A program made the translations under genes and the position numbers. Below, in pieces: positions 61,880 to 64,000 of a DNA stretch of 64,000 nucleotides; the stretch's first letter is position 1, and the number at the start of each line of letters is the position of its first letter. Under the pieces are notes generated by a model that saw only the letters and a list, made by a program, of their open reading frames with translations, did not search any database and had not been told where the DNA came from. Source of the DNA: Eledone cirrhosa (Eukaryota); the NCBI GenBank assembly GCA_964016885.1, contig OZ024747.1:47740001-47804000 (forward strand), in the 5' to 3' direction.

Positions 61880-63082
61880 ATACCATACTTAGAATAAATG
61901 TCATGAAGCACATCTGACCATAGAAAATCTGCCATAAAAATTCTCATCCCATGTAAAATTAACGATGATGGTAGCATGAAAAAGTAGACATAGAAAATGA
62001 TGATGATGATGGTAATACTTACACAAGGAAGTTGGGGTAGCCTTTGCCCAACTGCTGATGGTTGACCAGTTTTGCTACTAACTGGAGGTACTTTCTTTTT
62101 ACGCCGAAATAAACCTGTTGTCGGCCCAGCGCTAGTTAATGCATCCATGAAACCACTGCTGTCATGGATTTCATGAACAGAAGATTCTGGAAAGACAACA
62201 CATTTACGGTATTAAATTAAACATTTGCTATTTCAGACAGGAAATAATTCTTTTTAACATTGGCACAAGGCCAGGAATTTAGGGGCGGGTAAGGGGAAAA
62301 ACTGTTTATATCGACCCCAGTACTTGACTGGTATTTATTTTACTGAAGGATGAAAGGCAAAATTGACCTTGGTGGGATTTAAACTCATAATGTAAATAGC
62401 CATAACTAAATGCAGCAAAGCATTTTGTCTGATGCTTTAACGATTCTGTCAATCCACTGCCGTAATAATGATTTCTAATTTAGGCACAAAGTCAGCCATT
62501 TAGGAAGGAGGGGGCTCAATTATATTGACACCAGTTATCAACTGGTATTTTATTTTATTGAACCTGGAAAGAGGGAAGGCAAAGTTAACCATGACAGGAT
62601 TTAAATGCAGAACATAAAAGAACCCTAACAAACACTACTAAACATTTCTCTGACACTTTCACAACTCTGCCAATCTACTGCCCCTTATCAGACTGAAAAT
62701 AAAAGTTATCAAGAAGGTTGTGAAACAATATCAACTAAGTAGGGATACATCTAGTGTAAACCCCACCACTATCATCTTTTATTCTATCAGATAATCAAAA
62801 AATATGTCAACCTCAGTACAAAGCTGGTATGTTTTTTATCAACAGAACAATAATAATATCAATAGTAATGTTTTGCTCTACTTACGTCGACTGATCTTAG
62901 GAGGAGTTTTAATGTGTTTCTGCAGATCAGTAGGGGATGTCACTATTCCTGTTGTTATAATTGCTGAAGTGACACTAGAGGGGCTGCTAGTAGTGCTAAC
63001 TGAAATAGGGTTTAAGGGGTTGGATATGGTCAGCCGGGGTTTTTTATCAAGGACAGGTTCCAGCGATCGCAGCTCTCCTGAC
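15238..63082 (-). CDS. PPP1R10: PNUTS / protein phosphatase 1 regulatory subunit 10, 3' part (11 coding exons, about 636 aa; N-terminal exons outside window)
   Basis: Manual splicing gives an unbroken frame with GT-AG introns and matching phases. Recognisable PNUTS motifs appear in order: [24 protein letters not shown] (RVxF), [64 protein letters not shown], Gly/Pro-rich tail, and C-terminal [28 protein letters not shown]. Confidence 0.95.
15530..16230 (+). mobile_element. RTE linker/RT N-terminal fragment
   Basis: ORF 15902..16240: [37 protein letters not shown]. Confidence 0.85.
16658..17042 (-). mobile_element. SINE family A copy with one extra internal unit of about 50 bp
   Basis: Same head and tail; the RTE 3'UTR-like unit is duplicated. 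Confidence 0.85.
17196..18060 (-). mobile_element. Penelope-like element 3' part (Cys linker + GIY-YIG) with 45-bp inverted terminus
   Basis: [44 protein letters not shown]; 17196-17239 is the reverse complement of 17979-18022; (TA)n flanks. Confidence 0.9.
17351..17393 (-). ncRNA. Type-I hammerhead downstream of a PLE GIY-YIG ORF
   Basis: GUCA-CUGAAGA-G-GUCAC(AGAGUGU)GUGAC-GAAAG-AA-CUA-UGAC; same strand as the endonuclease ORF. Confidence 0.75.
18123..18173 (+). ncRNA. Hammerhead-like motif, A4 variant, with monomeric helix III
   Basis: AGUUU-CAGAAGA-UCCC(GUUAA)GGGU-GAAAGCA(9 nt)UGCUU-AAACU, enclosed by a 19-bp inverted repeat. Confidence 0.55.
18453..18491 (-). ncRNA. Minimal type-I hammerhead ribozyme, same family as 145-183
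   Basis: Identical core inside a repeat of about 210 bp (18315-18527) that matches 1-215. Confidence 0.8.
19556..20280 (-). mobile_element. RTE 3' fragment with 3'UTR
   Basis: ORF 19848..20174: [16 protein letters not shown]; (CAT) tail. Confidence 0.85.
20647..24453 (+). mobile_element. Near full-length RTE-clade LINE (AP endonuclease + RT + PHD-like finger), frameshifted
   Basis: ORF 20824..22794 has APE motifs ([30 protein letters not shown]). ORF 22830..23738 has RT motifs ([21 protein letters not shown]). 3' tail is (GAT)n. Compared with the copy at 48643 it has a 31-bp deletion at about 22752 and a 5-bp deletion at about 23699. Confidence 0.95.
20665..20808 (+). repeat. 3 x 48-bp tandem monomers at the 5' end of the RTE element
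   Basis: Unit gcccccacgcaccaccattattattacgtggaccaatcataagccaga starts at 20665, 20713 and 20761. Confidence 0.95.
25502..25993 (-). CDS. PPP1R10: PNUTS exon with (GP)n low-complexity repeat and Arg/Gly-rich end
   Basis: Overlaps ORF 25467..25865; acceptor ctattctacag, donor gtatgt; 492 nt. Confidence 0.9.
26743..27076 (-). CDS. PPP1R10: PNUTS exon (EHASVGEE...[13 protein letters not shown]...[14 protein letters not shown])
   Basis: Overlaps ORF 26735..27019; acceptor ttatttaccag, donor gtttgt; 334 nt. Confidence 0.88.
27133..27372. repeat. Head-to-head palindrome of two SINE B 3' halves
   Basis: 27155-27234 is inverted versus 27246-27325; about 60 nt from a PNUTS splice acceptor. Confidence 0.85.
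28510..29258 (+). mobile_element. RTE 3' fragment with 3'UTR
   Basis: ORF 28673..29011: [15 protein letters not shown]; (GAT)n tail. Confidence 0.85.
29370..29445 (-). CDS. PPP1R10: PNUTS exon ([25 protein letters not shown])
   Basis: Acceptor ctcttctttag, donor gtaagt; 76 nt. Confidence 0.92.
29548..29608 (-). ncRNA. Type-I hammerhead ribozyme (family F8)
   Basis: UUCAUU-CUGACGA-C-UGAAAACAGAU(CUAGC)AUCUGCUUUCA-A-GAAACCACUGGUA-AAUGAA. Confidence 0.8.
29724..30590 (-). mobile_element. RTE 3' half, second subfamily with very short 3'UTR
   Basis: ORFs 30347..30595 (PHD-like), 30096..30365 and 29738..30154; the ORF runs to the tail GGACGTAAAAT(GAT)n. Confidence 0.9.
30980..31097. repeat. About 3 x 41-bp tandem repeat
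   Basis: cattaatacactgtgcagtctgagaatgaaacctatgacat repeated. Confidence 0.9.
33114..33238 (-). CDS. PPP1R10: PNUTS exon ([10 protein letters not shown]...[18 protein letters not shown])
   Basis: Acceptor atacttacag, donor gtaagt; 125 nt. Confidence 0.92.
33675..34042 (-). mobile_element. RTE 3'UTR fragment (young family)
   Basis: Matches the reverse complement of 24050-24450. Confidence 0.85.
34215..35355 (+). mobile_element. Naiad-like Penelope RT pseudogene
   Basis: [72 protein letters not shown]. Confidence 0.85.
36390..38270 (-). mobile_element. Naiad-like Penelope RT pseudogene with inverted hammerhead-bearing terminus
   Basis: [62 protein letters not shown]; hammerhead on + at 38140. 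Confidence 0.85.
38140..38217 (+). ncRNA. Type-I hammerhead with 44-nt helix II region
   Basis: CAGUUAUU-CUGAUGA-U-UUGAUUA...UAAUCAA-U-GAAAC-AAUU-GUU-AAUACUG; inverted relative to the adjacent PLE RT. Confidence 0.75.
39749..39874 (-). ncRNA. Type-I hammerhead with 99-nt helix II region
   Basis: GGCU-CUGAUGA-GAUGACCAUAU...AUAUGGUUCCC-GAAAC-AAUU-GUC-AACC. Confidence 0.6.
40421..42690 (+). mobile_element. Distinct RTE-group LINE with APE domain; most of the RT deleted
   Basis: [51 protein letters not shown], then a jump to C-terminal RFGGHCH..LVLWKP; (GAT)n tail. Confidence 0.85.
43037..43222 (-). mobile_element. SINE family B copy
   Basis: Reverse complement of the 12674-12856 family. Confidence 0.75.
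44895..44938 (-). ncRNA. Minimal dimer-type hammerhead ribozyme
   Basis: AACAGUC-CUGAUGA-AGGUAAUGACCCA-GAAAC-AU-GUU-GAUUGUU: 7-bp helix I, palindromic AACAUGUU. Confidence 0.8.
45441..45485 (-). CDS. PPP1R10: PNUTS small exon ([15 protein letters not shown])
   Basis: Acceptor ctgttgtctag, donor gtaagt; 45 nt; resembles the PNUTS RRLSHDNMEEKVP stretch. Confidence 0.88.
45653..46102. repeat. 5 x 90-bp tandem repeat
   Basis: Unit tgtcacttttcttctatggatccc...ggtcactatatcat with period 90; only two variable positions. Confidence 0.97.
47227..47291 (-). CDS. PPP1R10: PNUTS exon ([22 protein letters not shown])
   Basis: Acceptor catttacag, donor gtaagt; 65 nt. Confidence 0.9.
48013..48346 (-). mobile_element. 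tRNA-derived SINE family A (CORE-like centre, RTE-type tail)
   Basis: Minus strand: A box TGGCTTAGTGG, B box GTTCAATTC, CCTTGAGCAAGACACTTTA centre, tail GGACG/ATGTAAAAT(GAT)n. Confidence 0.85.
48643..50896 (+). mobile_element. 5'-truncated RTE LINE, same young family, uninterrupted 625-aa RT ORF
   Basis: ORF 48663..50540 carries all RT motifs; (GAT)n tail; lacks the APE domain. Confidence 0.95.
51801..51998 (-). CDS. PPP1R10: PNUTS exon with PP1-binding RVxF motif ([13 protein letters not shown]...[11 protein letters not shown])
   Basis: Within ORF 51712..52110; acceptor gtatttaaag, donor gtatgt; 198 nt. Confidence 0.95.
53720..53834 (-). CDS. PPP1R10: PNUTS exon ([16 protein letters not shown]...MKEE)
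   Basis: Acceptor gtttttgtag, donor gtatct; 115 nt; phase 0 in and phase 1 out fits the neighbouring exons. Confidence 0.8.
54002..54094 (-). ncRNA. Type-I hammerhead, U3-A8 core variant (left arm of palindrome)
   Basis: Reverse complement of 54325-54418. Confidence 0.75.
54325..54418 (+). ncRNA. Type-I hammerhead, U3-A8 core variant (right arm of palindrome)
   Basis: ACCCC-UUGAUAA-GCUCGGCUA...UAGCCGUC-GAA-ACGGCU(UGAGCUC)AGCCGU-C-GGGGU. Confidence 0.75.
55520..56137 (+). mobile_element. Expander/REX3-like RTE 3' fragment, (GAA)n tail
   Basis: [46 protein letters not shown]; related pieces at 53055-53445 (-), 52610-52765 (+) and 10350-10560 (-). Confidence 0.75.
56655..58435 (+). mobile_element. 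Degraded RTE RT plus 3'UTR
   Basis: [22 protein letters not shown] and GRPRKIW with many stops. Confidence 0.9.
58505..59520 (+). mobile_element. Non-autonomous Helitron
   Basis: 5' TATATAAAA..(GTCT)n motif; 3' hairpin cccg-agcaacgc-cggg followed by CTAG at 59517-59520; internal minisatellite. The 5' boundary is uncertain. Confidence 0.7.
59011..59215. repeat. Compound minisatellite (gtgcagacagacagtc / gtgcagagaggtgatataggc) inside the Helitron
   Basis: Directly visible alternating units. Confidence 0.9.
59560..59628 (-). ncRNA. Type-I hammerhead ribozyme (family F3)
   Basis: Reverse complement of 59737-59805. Confidence 0.8.
59737..59805 (+). ncRNA. Type-I hammerhead ribozyme (family F3)
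   Basis: AUUUUAU-CUGAUGA-GAACGCAAAUAUCAUC(CCAU)GAUGAUAUUUGUUUUU-GAAAUGCGCAUA-AUAAAAU. Confidence 0.85.
60448..61665 (+). mobile_element. Mariner DNA transposon (mellifera-subfamily-like), defective
   Basis: TIRs ttgggttggcaagaaagtaatttc / gaaattactttcttgccaacccaa followed by TA. Transposase pseudogene 60629-61591 with [25 protein letters not shown] and HHDNARPH; it has stops, frameshifts and loss of the YSPDLAP motif. Confidence 0.95.
61715..61766 (-). ncRNA. Type-I hammerhead ribozyme (family F8)
   Basis: AUU-CUGAUGA-C-UGAAAGCAGA(UUUG)UUUGCUUUCA-A-GAAACCACUGGUA-AAU; flank matches 29510-29605. Confidence 0.7.
62023..62186 (-). CDS. PPP1R10: PNUTS exon ([31 protein letters not shown])
   Basis: Acceptor gtctttccag, donor gtaagt; 164 nt; resembles the PNUTS GFLDAL..KKKK motif. 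Confidence 0.9.
62886..63082 (-). CDS. PPP1R10: PNUTS exon ([17 protein letters not shown]...KTPPKISR)
   Basis: Acceptor tgtgttttcag, donor gtaag; 197 nt; open frame that joins in phase to the next exon. Confidence 0.8.
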
Positions 63083-63576
63083 CTGAAAACACAAGGTAAG
63101 TTAATTAAAAATAAGTTGGGAAAAGTGGTCGTATGATGATGATAAGTTAATTAAAGACAAGTTGAGTTAATTAATGACAAAGTTAATGACCACACAAGTC
63201 AAACACAGGCCACATACTTCAATTAACCTTTCCAACAATTTGGATATCTTTAGAAAAACAACAGACTCTTTTCCTTACAGTGGTGTGTGTAATGTAATAA
63301 AGGTTTCCCACATGTAATAATAATTGACAGTTTTAATTTAAATGTGAGCCTTTAAAAATATAGGGATTTTTTAGCCTCAATATATTTAATTCGAAAAAGA
63401 AAAAAACACCAGAAAAGAAGATTTAGGATAAAACAAAACAAGGGTTTTATAGATAAAACAGGGATCAGCAATACAAATGACACCATCTTATGACACAAAC
63501 TCAACTCCAAATAATCATGACTCAATATCTTCACAATTTCACACATGCTATACACACACACACACATATATATACA

Positions 63577-64000
63577 TCATCGTCATCACCGTTTTACGTC
63601 CGTTCTTCCACACTAGCATGGGTTAGACGAGTTGTCCTGTTGTGGGCAGTGTCCAGTCAGCTGACCTTGTCTTGCTCATACAGGAACTGATTCTGGCTTG
63701 ATTTCTACAGCTGGATACCCTTCCTAACACCAACCTCATTTACAGTGACTGCTGGGTGCTTTTTTGCCGTGGCACCTCCACGGCCACATTCCATATTGTC
63801 TATATGTTTCAGCTTTGGCTTGTTCCTGTGGGAAGTCGGGTCTTCTATATTACTGTGTGACGCCAGAGGTCACGGTCGTGTGTCATTGCCCTTGAGAGGT
63901 GCAATTGGGTAAGGCCAGCTTTTATCACCGCATCCCAGGTCTTTTTGGGTCTCCCCACTCTGTGGCTTTCATCGACTTCTAGTGCTCTGCACTTTTTTAT
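63577..64000 (-). mobile_element. RTE 3' fragment, runs off the window
   Basis: Matches 19556-20035. Confidence 0.85.

Noticed and set aside
62804-63136. Plus-strand 110-aa ORF
   Set aside because: Antisense of PNUTS exon 62886-63082.

Overview
AT-rich, microsatellite-dense animal (eukaryotic) genomic DNA. The repeat landscape suggests an octopod cephalopod, which is an inference. One host gene crosses the window on the minus strand: the 3' part of PNUTS/PPP1R10. I reconstructed 11 coding exons (63082 down to the stop at 15238, about 636 aa), with GT-AG junctions and consistent phases, the KTVTW PP1-docking motif, a (GP)n repeat and the terminal CCCH zinc finger. Its N-terminus lies beyond 64000. 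Nearly everything else is transposable-element DNA: several RTE-clade LINE families (one near full length, one with a long open RT ORF carrying a PHD-type finger inside the RT), two tRNA-derived SINE families, a mellifera-type mariner, non-autonomous Helitron pieces, and many Penelope-like element (PLE) remnants sitting in (TA)n tracts, often as fold-back palindromes. The main hidden signal, invisible in the ORF track, is about 20 type-I hammerhead ribozyme motifs from about 12 unrelated sequence families. They include dimer-type minimal forms, forms with 36-99 nt helix II regions, and core variants (U3-A8 compensatory pair, C4, A4). Eight lie on the sense strand of PNUTS introns. All structures were read by eye and none has been tested.
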